This document shows positions 1 through 8,983 of a stretch of DNA of 64,000 bases, piece by piece. The translations under genes and the position numbers were made by a program. The DNA comes from an uncultured virus (IMG/VR IMGVR_UViG_3300009152_002325) (lineage: Duplodnaviria > Heunggongvirae > Uroviricota > Caudoviricetes): IMG/VR virus record IMGVR_UViG_3300009152_002325. The stretch is one strand, 5' to 3'. Positions within the stretch are counted from its first letter, which is position 1; every line of letters begins with the position of its first letter. Below the pieces are notes generated by a model that worked only from the letters and a program-made list of their open reading frames with translations, searched no databases and was not told the DNA's origin.

Positions 1-87
1 TACAGCAGCACTTGCAGGTGTTGCTACCATTGTGCCCAAAGTCATGGCTGCAACCATGGCTAGTGCGATTTTCTTAAATGAGTTCAT
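1..87 (-). CDS. N-terminus of a secreted/surface protein (runs off the window)
   Basis: Not in ORF track; reads MNSFKKIALAMVAAMTLGTMVATPASAAV, a Sec signal peptide with ASA cleavage site; AAGGAG RBS upstream. Confidence 0.8.
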   Translation of the reverse strand, partial: MNSFKKIALAMVAAMTLGTMVATPASAAV

Positions 88-135
88 TTAATTTATTCTC
101 CTTATTTCCTCTGTATTCTTTGCGAATACAGAATT

Positions 136-330
136 TTAGTGTAGTGCATTTATTTTTACATGGAATGAACATGGGTCTCCACCCTCATTCCATTCTTGTT
201 CTTCTTCATCTGTTAAAGGTGGCCCATCATGTGTATCGCAAAATACATCAGATATCCAGCCTCTGTCGTAACCACTTTTGAGCCATATCTCAAACTCTAA
301 ATGATCTGAATCTATATTCTCTAGATCCAT
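136..330 (-). CDS. Hypothetical protein
   Basis: 64 aa, CDTHDG and DPC motifs, packed in the minus-strand operon. Confidence 0.7.
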   Translation of the reverse strand: MDLENIDSDHLEFEIWLKSGYDRGWISDVFCDTHDGPPLTDEEEQEWNEGGDPCSFHVKINALH

Positions 331-623
331 TCTGAAAGCTCTTCTAGCATAATATGCTTAGGTTTTGCACCAGTAATAGTTTTTACTGGCTTCCCCGACT
401 TAAATAGTACCATATAAGGGATAGAAGTTACAGAGTATTCTGCTGATTTTATAGGATTCTCATCAACATTTAACTTACCGACCCATAATCCACGTTCTGC
501 AGATATCTCGTCTAGTATTGGAGATACTTGCTTGCATGGTCCGCACCATGGAGCCCAAAAGTCGACAAGAACTATATTATGAGAATCTAGAACCCTATCG
601 AAGCTTTCATCTGTAACTATCAA
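321..623 (-). CDS. trxA: Thioredoxin
   Basis: VDFWAPWCGPCK active site, SIP cis-Pro motif, 100 aa. Confidence 0.95.
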   Translation of the reverse strand: MIVTDESFDRVLDSHNIVLVDFWAPWCGPCKQVSPILDEISAERGLWVGKLNVDENPIKSAEYSVTSIPYMVLFKSGKPVKTITGAKPKHIMLEELSEWI

Positions 624-624
624 C

Positions 625-834
625 TTACTCTCCTTTTAATTCATCCGCTGCTTTATTAAACTTATCCATAAATTTTTGGATTACCCAAATTGCGGTTTCT
701 CCTGCGTTAACAGACATTGCCCTAGAGGCCTCTTCTGTTCTGTCTTCAACTGCAAGGGCGTTGTACCATTTCTGGTACAACTCCTCACCAATCTCTTTGA
801 TTATTTCTTCAAGTACTGTTAGCTTTTTATCCAT
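625..834 (-). CDS. Hypothetical protein
   Basis: 69 aa helical ORF, overlapping the subtilase stop. Confidence 0.7.
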   Translation of the reverse strand: MDKKLTVLEEIIKEIGEELYQKWYNALAVEDRTEEASRAMSVNAGETAIWVIQKFMDKFNKAADELKGE

Positions 835-1807
835 TGATTACTTTACTCAACTTAAATAGATAAACGTTTTGCCCATAAGAATTGTCTACTGGATCAGACG
901 CCGACTTCATTAATGAAATTATCTGTGTTGATGTCAATGTGGGCCTTGATGCTTTTATGGAGACATACTTTGCAGCGATTACTTGAACAGAAACAGATGT
1001 TCCATAAGAATATCCGCTGACATTTCCAGGATAAATTGTTGGCTGTTGTACCTCACCCCATAGATCTACAAGATTTGCATCGTAGTTGCTGACTAAAGAA
1101 ACTTGAGGCTTATCTAAATTTAGAGTTTCGACTCCACCAACTGCAATTGATTGGCTAATACAGGCTGGCCATTCAATCTTGCCATTCATTTTTGGGTTTC
1201 CAGCGCTATTTCCAGAAGGGAAAAATACTGGTACCCCAGAATTATTTAAATTAGAAACTACTGTGTCAACTGCTGTTGGTAAGCAATATGCAGATGATGC
1301 GCTTCGATTAATAACTGGAGCATTTGTAGCATGAGATGAAGCAACTGCAACAATGTTATACTTTAACTTATTATTATTTACCCATGTTAAAGCATTTACA
1401 AGGGTGTTGAGTCCATAAGTCTGGACATCGCCCTTTGAGGTGTTGCCAACAATTCTAATAAATATAATATTTACATTTGGATTAGCTGCTATGGCTGCTG
1501 AAACCATTTGAGTTCCGTGATTAAAGTTGTTTGTTGCTAGAAACTTCATTGGTAAAACTGCTGATCCTGGGCCTTCCATAAAGTTTTTTCCATTTGGACA
1601 AGATGACCAGTCGAGAATACAAACTTCAGCAACAATACGTGGCTTAATAGACTCAATTGATGTATCTAGAGCCGTATCAAGAATAGCTAGTGTTGGTACT
1701 GATGTAGTTGACTTTAATGTATTTGTTTTTAAGGCTGCCTGTGCAGGCATTGAGGTGATTGCGATTGTTGTGGCAATTAATGCCATAGTAGTTATTAGTT
1801 TTTTCAT
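827..1807 (-). CDS. Secreted subtilisin-like serine protease (S8)
   Basis: Signal peptide MKKLITT...AQA; triad motifs AILDT, HGT, GTS and oxyanion SGN; start moved to ATG 1807. Confidence 0.85.
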   Translation of the reverse strand: MKKLITTMALIATTIAITSMPAQAALKTNTLKSTTSVPTLAILDTALDTSIESIKPRIVAEVCILDWSSCPNGKNFMEGPGSAVLPMKFLATNNFNHGTQMVSAAIAANPNVNIIFIRIVGNTSKGDVQTYGLNTLVNALTWVNNNKLKYNIVAVASSHATNAPVINRSASSAYCLPTAVDTVVSNLNNSGVPVFFPSGNSAGNPKMNGKIEWPACISQSIAVGGVETLNLDKPQVSLVSNYDANLVDLWGEVQQPTIYPGNVSGYSYGTSVSVQVIAAKYVSIKASRPTLTSTQIISLMKSASDPVDNSYGQNVYLFKLSKVING

Positions 1808-1814
1808 AAAGCTA

Positions 1815-1843
1815 ATCTTACTAAATAGTGCAGTGTTTGTCAA
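1815..1843 (-). promoter_or_regulatory. Sigma70/HrdB-type promoter, probably leaderless
   Basis: TTGACA-N17-TAAGAT then 7 nt to the ATG at 1807. Confidence 0.7.
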
Positions 1844-1847
1844 CAGA

Positions 1848-2027
1848 TTAAGAGTTCTGATTTGGGTTCTTGCGTGGATACCACTTACCAGAATCCATAT
1901 TTCTTGCTTCTGCCGCTTGGGTCTGTACGTTTATAATGTTGCTCATTATTTCGTGCATTATATCTAATTCAATTCTAATTTTGTACAGTTCAAGTTCTAG
2001 CATGTCAATTCTTCTTTGCGATCTCAT
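1848..2027 (-). CDS. Hypothetical protein (59 aa, below ORF-track cutoff)
   Basis: MRSQRRIDMLELELYKIRIELD...NQNS*; ATGA overlap with upstream gene. Confidence 0.7.
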   Translation of the reverse strand: MRSQRRIDMLELELYKIRIELDIMHEIMSNIINVQTQAAEARNMDSGKWYPRKNPNQNS

Positions 2028-2236
2028 TCTTCTTCTTCTCTATCCAGTGGCGTTGGTGCTGTTGCCAGTGTGCCACAATTAGCACACTCCATATCTAAAA
2101 AATAAGTTGCAATTTCACAACTATCAAAAATAACTTTAAGGTTCCATATTTCACAACCGCATGGACATACATGTGTTGGTACACCTCTTATGTCCATTGA
2201 TTTTGAATAGTCTGGTCTTAAGTCGTTTATATCCAT
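2024..2236 (-). CDS. Small zinc-binding hypothetical protein
   Basis: CPCGC...CANCG motifs. Confidence 0.75.
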   Translation of the reverse strand: MDINDLRPDYSKSMDIRGVPTHVCPCGCEIWNLKVIFDSCEIATYFLDMECANCGTLATAPTPLDREEEE

Positions 2237-2250
2237 TAACTAATTATACA

Positions 2251-2808
2251 CTAAACTTGAATGTATGTATAGGGGGCAGCTACGCTCATATTAAACTCAG
2301 TTGCTGCTTCTAATGCTGCCTTAAGCCTCAGTCTTGGGTTCTTTTGATTCTTTGTAGCATGAAGTGCACCTAATGCTATCTGTCCGCCGCTTCCTTCTGC
2401 CATATAGTTTACTATGTTTTCTCCAACATGGAAGTCTTCATCTATAGTAAAGATTCTGCCTTCAAGACCTACTATAAAAATTCCACCAGTATCTTCCTCA
2501 GATGATGATCCAATGCTTCCGTATCCATGCTCTTTAAATGCAGCCTTAACAGAATCAACAAACTTAGTTCTCATAAACTTATCTAATCCAGAATTAGTTT
2601 TTGTTGGTGTGTATTTTGGTGGAGTCCACATATACTGAAGAATTTGCCCCATGCGAAATGAATCTGTAAATGCAATAGCATACTGACCAACTTTAAAACA
2701 CTTTGGCTCTTTACGAGATAGGATCCATCCGCTCTTATCATCTGAGGCGGCATGATCTGAGCCCATATACACAACACCATTTTGGGCAATAGCAACAATA
2801 CAAGTCAT
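2251..2808 (-). CDS. Ntn-hydrolase, HslV/proteasome beta-like protease
   Basis: N-terminal M-T-CIVA, GSD, K, GSGG.IALGAL motifs typical of the HslV/proteasome fold. Confidence 0.8.
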   Translation of the reverse strand: MTCIVAIAQNGVVYMGSDHAASDDKSGWILSRKEPKCFKVGQYAIAFTDSFRMGQILQYMWTPPKYTPTKTNSGLDKFMRTKFVDSVKAAFKEHGYGSIGSSSEEDTGGIFIVGLEGRIFTIDEDFHVGENIVNYMAEGSGGQIALGALHATKNQKNPRLRLKAALEAATEFNMSVAAPYTYIQV

Positions 2809-2829
2809 ACCCTTATTGTACTATTTTAA

Positions 2830-3144
2830 TTATTCTGTGTCCAGCATCTCATGATATTCTAAATGATTTAATTGATTCATTACACTATCTAATTCAGATC
2901 TCATTTCAATTAAGTCCTGTATGGCTTTATAATACTTATCTTTCCAATCAGTTAATTCTTTTTCCAACTGATATAACTCTATTTTAAGGTCTTTTATATC
3001 TAATCTAAGCTGGTCTTTTTCTTTTTCTTCCCGCCTAATTCTTTCCTTTTTGGCGTCCCTAATTCCAGCAACAATAGCAGTTCCAAAACCACTTAGGCTT
3101 GCCGCTAATATTGATACTAATATGGTTATGTATGATATCTGCAT
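2830..3144 (-). CDS. Membrane-anchored coiled-coil protein
   Basis: N-terminal hydrophobic helix followed by heptad-rich charged region. Confidence 0.7.
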   Translation of the reverse strand: MQISYITILVSILAASLSGFGTAIVAGIRDAKKERIRREEKEKDQLRLDIKDLKIELYQLEKELTDWKDKYYKAIQDLIEMRSELDSVMNQLNHLEYHEMLDTE

Positions 3145-3173
3145 TATATATCATATTATACCTTATACTCAGT

Positions 3174-3413
3174 CTAAATTAATAACTCTGAAGCTGTTAT
3201 TTCAGCGCCAATGTATTTTCTTTTTTGTATAAAATCTTTAACTAATTCATGTCCAAATTGCCTTCCAGCAATTAAAACTACCCACCTTGGTTCAAGTTTA
3301 TCATCTATGCATGTCTGACATAAAAATAAATTAATTGGCAAAAGAGATGACTTCTTTAAGTTTAATTTATTTTTTGTTTTGTTGCATGAATAACATAATA
3401 TTTTTTCGCTCAA
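3174..3413 (-). CDS. Hypothetical zinc-binding protein
   Basis: CYSC...CQTC. Confidence 0.7.
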   Translation of the reverse strand: MSEKILCYSCNKTKNKLNLKKSSLLPINLFLCQTCIDDKLEPRWVVLIAGRQFGHELVKDFIQKRKYIGAEITASELLI

Positions 3414-3718
3414 TTTGTTGGTTTCCCTTCAAGTTCTACTCGAACACCATAAGACTCAAGTAGTTTTTTAACCTTTGTAACATAATCAATAACTTTTTCT
3501 TTTTCTACCCCGTCAAACTGAATGAAGTTATCCTCATACAATCTTAATGCCAGAAAGTCTGGATACTTTACTATATCCATTAAAAGAAACATGGGCTTCT
3601 TTAGTTCCCATACCCTTTTTTTCATTTCTTCTGTGTAGAACACTGGCTTATTTGGTTCACCAGTCCACTGGTTCATTCCATATTTAAAGTGTTTGTTGTC
3701 ATATACATTAGATACCAT
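3410..3718 (-). CDS. Hypothetical protein
   Basis: 102 aa, overlaps both neighbours. Confidence 0.7.
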   Translation of the reverse strand: MVSNVYDNKHFKYGMNQWTGEPNKPVFYTEEMKKRVWELKKPMFLLMDIVKYPDFLALRLYEDNFIQFDGVEKEKVIDYVTKVKKLLESYGVRVELEGKPTN

Positions 3719-4019
3719 GCTTCACCTTTAGTTGCTTCCATACTTCTTTAGTTTTGTGCACATTCTTTATCTTATCAACAAGCCCAGAAGAAAGAAATAC
3801 CCCGCCCCAAACTCCGTATTCATCTTGCTCTACTCCAGATTTGTAGCACATGCTGATAACTGGGCATGACAAGCAACATTGATCAATTGCATTAGCCATT
3901 TGAACATCTGACTCATACTTATCAAAGAATAAATTTGTGTCCATGCCATTGCATGCTGCTAAATCCCACCATCTTATAGAATCTTGGTCTGAATTTAATT
4001 TATTTAAAATGTCTGACAT
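3708..4019 (-). CDS. whiB: WhiB family Fe-S transcription factor
   Basis: AAC...LFF...CLSCPV..C...GVWGG, the four-Cys WhiB signature. Confidence 0.92.
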   Translation of the reverse strand: MSDILNKLNSDQDSIRWWDLAACNGMDTNLFFDKYESDVQMANAIDQCCLSCPVISMCYKSGVEQDEYGVWGGVFLSSGLVDKIKNVHKTKEVWKQLKVKHGI

Positions 4020-4221
4020 GTTTTAGCGGAATTGACCATATACCTTTGGAATTAACTGGAAACTCATTTGCGATTCCCCAGGAATTATTTCTATAAATAC
4101 CCTTGAGATTAAAATACCCGCTACTATTTTTTTCCCACGCTATTAAATTATAGTTGTTCCAGTAAAAATTATCTGATCTTTTAATCAGAATTTCTACGCC
4201 TCGCTCTGTTAAGTTTAGCAT
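4000..4221 (-). CDS. Hypothetical protein
   Basis: 73 aa Trp-rich ORF downstream of a promoter. Confidence 0.7.
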   Translation of the reverse strand: MLNLTERGVEILIKRSDNFYWNNYNLIAWEKNSSGYFNLKGIYRNNSWGIANEFPVNSKGIWSIPLKHVRHFK

Positions 4222-4244
4222 ATTTAAATTGCCTTATCTATACA

Positions 4245-4274
4245 ATTATACATTACGACAGCAAGAGAAGTCAA
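4245..4274 (-). promoter_or_regulatory. Sigma70-type promoter
   Basis: TTGACT-N18-TATAAT upstream of the whiB operon. Confidence 0.6.
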
Positions 4275-4275
4275 G

Positions 4276-4422
4276 CTATTTTTTCTCTTTTATACTCGCA
4301 ATTTTTACTGATTGAACCTCTTCATCAGTACCAAATATTTCATTAACATAGTCTCTGGCATCATCTTCATTAAAAGCTTCAATGACTGCTGTTATCTCTA
4401 TCTTAATAGAATATTTATTCAT
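4276..4422 (-). CDS. Hypothetical protein (48 aa, not in ORF track)
   Basis: MNKYSIKIEITAVIEAFNEDDARDY...EKK*; TAATG coupling to the CHAP gene. Confidence 0.7.
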   Translation of the reverse strand: MNKYSIKIEITAVIEAFNEDDARDYVNEIFGTDEEVQSVKIASIKEKK

Positions 4423-4991
4423 TACTTCCCGCAGGTAGGACAAACTTTTGTCTTAGGCTTAGTAGCCTTTTTTTCTTCTGGCTTTGCTGCTGCCCCAAAC
4501 TTTGGACGACCAAATCCTACTATAGAAATCATTACTCCAGCTTTATTTTTCTTGTATGCACGAAGCTGTTTGCAAACTTCTCCGCCATTTCTTTGGCTTC
4601 CAGACTTCTTTGAGGATGTGTTTCCTTCTATACACCAAACAGTTCCATCTTCATTATCTTTAACAACAATTCCTACGTGAGATACTCTATCAACACCATC
4701 TGATGGAAAATCAAAGTAGGCGATATCGCCTGGCTCTGGATCTGCAATGTCTCCATCAATCCACGAACCTGCTTTTTTAAATGCTGTTACTCCTGCTGGA
4801 GTGTAAACTGTATTAGGAATTTTTACGGACGCTTCGTTCCCGCACCAATTTACGAAACTTCCGCACCATGGTTGGAAGTTAGCTTTAGTGTAAGCACCGT
4901 ACTTAGTTTCGTTATCCTTTGGACCTTCGATGGTCCCAATCTCTGCAGTAGCAACTTCAATTAAACGTGCTGCTGTACCTTGTTCTGCCAT
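4422..4991 (-). CDS. CHAP-domain endolysin/amidase
   Basis: PWCGSFV catalytic Cys, SHVGIV His, IEGNT; C-terminal CPTCGK; start moved to ATG 4991. Confidence 0.88.
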   Translation of the reverse strand: MAEQGTAARLIEVATAEIGTIEGPKDNETKYGAYTKANFQPWCGSFVNWCGNEASVKIPNTVYTPAGVTAFKKAGSWIDGDIADPEPGDIAYFDFPSDGVDRVSHVGIVVKDNEDGTVWCIEGNTSSKKSGSQRNGGEVCKQLRAYKKNKAGVMISIVGFGRPKFGAAAKPEEKKATKPKTKVCPTCGK

Positions 4992-5401
4992 TAGTCTTTG
5001 TCCCAATCTGTGTCAACTGGCTGCTCTTCTGGCATTTGTCCATCTGGCTTAGCTGCCAAGCGAGCTGCAGTTGCATCAATTTCTGCTTCTAATTTTTTAT
5101 CTGCCTGTGTATTTTTTGCATCTACTTCTTTATTTTGTATCTGTGCTGCCATAATATCTTTAGCGCCTGAGTTACCAATTAGAATTCCTGCAAGTGTTCC
5201 TGTAATAAATGTTGCAATGCTACCTAGAACATTGAAGAACATTTTGTCATTTTCTGACTGAGCTCCAATAGGTTGTGTTACAAACAACAGCCCATAGATA
5301 ATTCCAAGAGCTGTCATAAAAAGAATACTTCCAAGAGTTATTCCTAGAATAAACTTTAATCGAGCATCTAAATCTGCGGGCGTTAGTTTTTGTTTAGCCA
5401 T
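4991..5401 (-). CDS. Two-TM membrane protein, holin-like
   Basis: Two hydrophobic helices and charged tail, directly upstream of the CHAP lysin. Confidence 0.6.
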   Translation of the reverse strand: MAKQKLTPADLDARLKFILGITLGSILFMTALGIIYGLLFVTQPIGAQSENDKMFFNVLGSIATFITGTLAGILIGNSGAKDIMAAQIQNKEVDAKNTQADKKLEAEIDATAARLAAKPDGQMPEEQPVDTDWDKD

Positions 5402-5615
5402 TTGTTATTTCCTGTTCTGGTGTGTTAGGTGTAATTTTTATTACATCTTCTGTGCAAGTCTGCGTAGCTTCGCATTCTGGAGGATTACATTCTGCAATTT
5501 CCCAATTTTTAGGATCTTGGCATGGATATCGGTATCTATTTAAAGAGTCTGGTGAACATGCACTTAATGATATCATTAGTAAGCTTGCTAAAGCAATATA
5601 AAATATTTTCCTCAT
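5394..5615 (-). CDS. Small lipoprotein
   Basis: MRKIFYIALASLLMISLSAC lipobox plus four further Cys. Confidence 0.75.
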   Translation of the reverse strand: MRKIFYIALASLLMISLSACSPDSLNRYRYPCQDPKNWEIAECNPPECEATQTCTEDVIKITPNTPEQEITNG

Positions 5616-5629
5616 AGTACAATTATACA

Positions 5630-5860
5630 CTATTTATCGTCTTTTCTAAGTGGTATAGTTATTAGCCAAATTACAGTAGTTATTAATACTGCAATTCCAA
5701 CAATATCTCTAGCTGAGCCCGTCAAAGTTAGCCATGCGATAAAGAAGCCTAGGAGGGTGAATGCCTGGGCAATTAGCTCCATTCCCGCGTCTTTAAACCA
5801 TTTAGCCAAGCCCTTAATTGCCTTGCCTATAAGATTAAACATCTTTTTGATTATCTTCAT
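5630..5860 (-). CDS. Small two-TM membrane protein
   Basis: Two hydrophobic segments, GGAGG RBS. Confidence 0.75.
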   Translation of the reverse strand: MKIIKKMFNLIGKAIKGLAKWFKDAGMELIAQAFTLLGFFIAWLTLTGSARDIVGIAVLITTVIWLITIPLRKDDK

Positions 5861-8025
5861 TTGTTCCTCCTTATGACTGCCCCTGCAATTTGTGATACGA
5901 TGATCACTGGGACAATTACTTCTTGCGCTTTTTCTCTCTGATCATCTGTCATGTCCATACCTAATTCAGAGAAATTAGATAGTAGTTCTACTGGGTCCAC
6001 CGCAAATACAGTTCCAAGCGGGTCTGCCAAGAATGCTTCTGCTTGCACTTCTGTTGTTGCATCTGCTAATGTAAATGGCATTGGGGTATCTCCTGCATCC
6101 ACCGCTCTTTCTGCAAACTCAACAAATGCTTCTGCAACTGCAGGATCTGATTTCATTGCCTCTGCGACCTTTGCGACTTCTGCTGTAGAAATACCAAGGT
6201 CTGCTGCAACTTCAGCCTTTGCCTCTTGTGTTAAAGACTTAAGTGTTTGGCTAACTGCTGCTGTTTGCTCAACAGAAAGTTTAACTAATTTATTGTCCTT
6301 GCTTGTAAGGTTTGCTATAACTCCAGAAAGATCTTCTGAATTTCCTGTACCCTTTTGTGGGATAAGTGCTGCCAATTCTGCATCCTTAATTACTGGATCA
6401 ATATTTTCTGCTGGCTTGAAGTCTGGTCTTGGAAGTGGTTTAGGCTCTGGAGAAGGCTCAACAGGAGGCTCTGGAGAAGGCTCTGGCTTTGGTTCAGGAC
6501 TTGGGGAAGGGGTAGGTTTAGGCTCTTCTGGCTTTGGCTTATCTGTTGGTTCTGGCTTTGGCTTATCGGTAGGCTCTGGCTTTGGCTTATCTGTTGGTTC
6601 TGGCTTAGGCTCAGGCTCTGTGGGCTTTGGACCTGGCTGTGTAGGCTTTGGTCCTGGTTCTTCTGTAGCAGTATTGTTAGTTGGCTTAGGCTCAGGCTTA
6701 TCTGTTGGTGGGGGAGAAGGTTTTGGCTTTTCTGGTTCAGCAGTTGGCTTTGTGGAAGGTTCTGGTTTTGGTTGGTTTGCTGCAGCATTGGCTGCTGCTT
6801 GAGCAATTGCTCTTTGAATTTCTCTTTGTGATTGTTCATCATAGTAACGCCATGCGTCATCAATGGCGCTATTCACATCAAGGACTGCGTTGTTAAAATT
6901 GGATATGGAATTATTTTTTTCAGATAAAGCGTCTTCTGTATCGTTAACAGCATTTTCATACTCAGATGTTTTATTGGTTAACTCCTGATTATATGAATTT
7001 AATGTTGCAACTTCTTGATTATATACATTTAGTTTATCATTATATTCCTGCTGTGCTGATTGCTTTGCACCTAGTGCTGCTTGATACTCAGCAGTCTGTG
7101 TTGCAGTTGGTCCAGATCCAGAAGAAAATGTGTTTAAATTACAACTAAAGTTTTGTCCCCACACTCTTGGATTTCCAGCATAGTCACAACCTGCTCCAGT
7201 CCATCCTCCAGGAATTCCCCATCCAAGATGATAGGATCCTGGCCCTCCACCGTTGTACCACCAAATCTCTACATCAAAAACTTTATCGCTTGTTACATCA
7301 TATACAGGAGAATAAGCACTCCAAGTTGTTCCTTGCTCCCGCCAATTATTAATCGCAAGTTCTCCATCAATGTACATTCTAAAACCATCATCTGTATATC
7401 CTGCAAAGTATGCCTGTGTAAACCATGAAGGAACTGTTATCTGTCCAGTAAATTTAACAATAAAATTCTGATACCGATTTCCACAAACTGGCAGTTGCAT
7501 ATAGTTTGAATTCCATGTACCACTACATAGCAATTGATCTGTGGCTGCTTGCCCATTAACTCTAATCAGGCTATAAACATCGTATTGTAGTCCTGCCACA
7601 CCAGAATTATTTAAGGCTTGTTGGGCTGTTTGTAGATTAATGTTGGCTATACTAAGGGCATCGTAGGCATTATCTCTATGTTCAAGGGCTAGGGCTACTG
7701 TTGCTGTCTGTCCGTCTACATTTGACTGGGCAAGATCCATATCTTCTAAAGATATTTCTTCTGCATCTACTGCATCTTCGTAGGCTTCATAGGCAGCATC
7801 TCTAACATCCCGCAGATTTTTAGCATACATAAACTTATTTTCTGCTATGTCAATCATATTAATTAGACCGTCTTTATAGTCTAGCTTATCTACGGCTGAA
7901 TTTAAATTTTCAATCTTTTTTGCGGCTATTGTTAGGGGATCATCAGAATACGCGGGGGACATAAAAAGCCATCCAAATGCAAGCATTGTGGCTGCTGTTA
8001 TTCTAAATAACTTATTCCTTGTCAA
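5857..8025 (-). CDS. Secreted, membrane-anchored PA14-domain protein with coiled coil and Pro-rich stalk
   Basis: Signal peptide; FIVKFTGQI...TDDGFRMYIDG...INNW..Q...WYNGGG PA14 motifs; PEPK repeats; C-terminal hydrophobic segment + RRNK. Confidence 0.82.
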   Translation of the reverse strand: MTRNKLFRITAATMLAFGWLFMSPAYSDDPLTIAAKKIENLNSAVDKLDYKDGLINMIDIAENKFMYAKNLRDVRDAAYEAYEDAVDAEEISLEDMDLAQSNVDGQTATVALALEHRDNAYDALSIANINLQTAQQALNNSGVAGLQYDVYSLIRVNGQAATDQLLCSGTWNSNYMQLPVCGNRYQNFIVKFTGQITVPSWFTQAYFAGYTDDGFRMYIDGELAINNWREQGTTWSAYSPVYDVTSDKVFDVEIWWYNGGGPGSYHLGWGIPGGWTGAGCDYAGNPRVWGQNFSCNLNTFSSGSGPTATQTAEYQAALGAKQSAQQEYNDKLNVYNQEVATLNSYNQELTNKTSEYENAVNDTEDALSEKNNSISNFNNAVLDVNSAIDDAWRYYDEQSQREIQRAIAQAAANAAANQPKPEPSTKPTAEPEKPKPSPPPTDKPEPKPTNNTATEEPGPKPTQPGPKPTEPEPKPEPTDKPKPEPTDKPKPEPTDKPKPEEPKPTPSPSPEPKPEPSPEPPVEPSPEPKPLPRPDFKPAENIDPVIKDAELAALIPQKGTGNSEDLSGVIANLTSKDNKLVKLSVEQTAAVSQTLKSLTQEAKAEVAADLGISTAEVAKVAEAMKSDPAVAEAFVEFAERAVDAGDTPMPFTLADATTEVQAEAFLADPLGTVFAVDPVELLSNFSELGMDMTDDQREKAQEVIVPVIIVSQIAGAVIRRNK
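6527..6606. repeat. 24-bp tandem repeat (3.3 copies) encoding PEPTDKPK
   Basis: TCTGGCTTTGGCTTATCTGTTGGT units at 6527, 6551 (variant), 6575. Confidence 0.9.
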
Positions 8026-8038
8026 GTAGGGCCCCTAA

Positions 8039-8070
8039 GTAAACAATATGTTTACATAGTAATTATACCA
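8039..8070 (-). promoter_or_regulatory. Extended -10 promoter with downstream inverted repeat
   Basis: TGGTATAAT (8062-8070) followed by GTAAACA-N3-TGTTTAC (8039-8055). Confidence 0.55.
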
Positions 8071-8075
8071 CTTAG

Positions 8076-8264
8076 CTATTTAGGATTATCTGTTTTATAA
8101 AAGCCATTACCCTTAAATTGCACACCAACTGTAGTAAAAAATCGTGTCATTTTAGACTCACATTCTACGCATGTATAACCAGGGTCATCTTCAGTCATTG
8201 ATCTGTGTACTGACATTTTTGGATGTGCATCATCATATGAACATTTATATTCGTATACTGGCAT
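8076..8264 (-). CDS. FmdB-family zinc ribbon protein
   Basis: MPVYEYKC...CVEC...FKGNGFYKTD signature. Confidence 0.9.
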   Translation of the reverse strand: MPVYEYKCSYDDAHPKMSVHRSMTEDDPGYTCVECESKMTRFFTTVGVQFKGNGFYKTDNPK

Positions 8265-8671
8265 TACTTACCGCTTTTTTTCCTCGCCTTAGCTAAGGCG
8301 TCAAAGTCTTTAATTTTTGTTTCTCCCATATAGCCCCATGCATGTCCGTCTTCAATCATCTTTTGATTAATAGATTTATCTGATCCGTCCAAGAAAACCC
8401 AACCTAAAATGCGACCATATTTTTCTGATGAGTCCATTTTTTCTGTTTTAATAACAACAGTTTTGGCTGAGTCAATTGCATTCTTAAGGTAAGCCTTTGC
8501 TTCAAGGCCTAGTGCCTTCTCCATCTTGTCTGCTGTGCGGCTTTCTGGAGTGTCTATCCCAGCCAATCGTACTCTTGAGCTAAACGATATATCAAACCCA
8601 AGATCGATATCAACATCAATTGTATCTCCGTCTACAACTTTACTTACTTTCTTTACATAATATTCAAACAT
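8264..8671 (-). CDS. Thermonuclease (SNase-like) family nuclease
   Basis: VVDGDTI, VRLAGIDTPE, KYGRILG motifs; start moved to 8671. Confidence 0.9.
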   Translation of the reverse strand: MFEYYVKKVSKVVDGDTIDVDIDLGFDISFSSRVRLAGIDTPESRTADKMEKALGLEAKAYLKNAIDSAKTVVIKTEKMDSSEKYGRILGWVFLDGSDKSINQKMIEDGHAWGYMGETKIKDFDALAKARKKSGK

Positions 8672-8874
8672 TATTTTCTCCCCCATTTAATTTTATTCCA
8701 ACCACGCTCATGGAAGTAATAAAGAATTGTTTTTGTAAATACCTCAAAACTTGCGATTGCTCCAGCCGTAACTGGCTCTTTGGTTATTGCCCAAGATATT
8801 ACAAAGGTGTCTGCTGTACCAATGATACGCCAAGTAATTGCTTTTAATGCTGATCTTTGTTTACTTACGTTCAT
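8671..8874 (-). CDS. DUF2061-family small membrane protein
   Basis: RSALKAITWRIIGT.DT...LYYFHERGW. Confidence 0.85.
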   Translation of the reverse strand: MNVSKQRSALKAITWRIIGTADTFVISWAITKEPVTAGAIASFEVFTKTILYYFHERGWNKIKWGRK

Positions 8875-8983
8875 CTTTATCCTCAGAAAAAAGTCTTTCT
8901 TCTGCTTCGTTCATTGCCTTTCCAGCATTTTCTAATTGTTTAAAGACCCATTTCCCTACGTTTTTCAGTTGCTGAAATAGCAT
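8861..8983 (-). CDS. Possible 40-aa hypothetical protein
   Basis: MLFQQLKNVGKWVFKQLENAGKAMNEAEERLFSEDKDERK* fills the gap, overlapping both neighbours. Confidence 0.35.
   Translation of the reverse strand: MLFQQLKNVGKWVFKQLENAGKAMNEAEERLFSEDKDERK

Noticed and set aside
5951..6896. Long plus-strand and alternative-frame ORFs (283, 158, 157 aa)
   Set aside because: Shadows of the Pro-rich repeat region of the PA14 gene; low complexity, no independent signals
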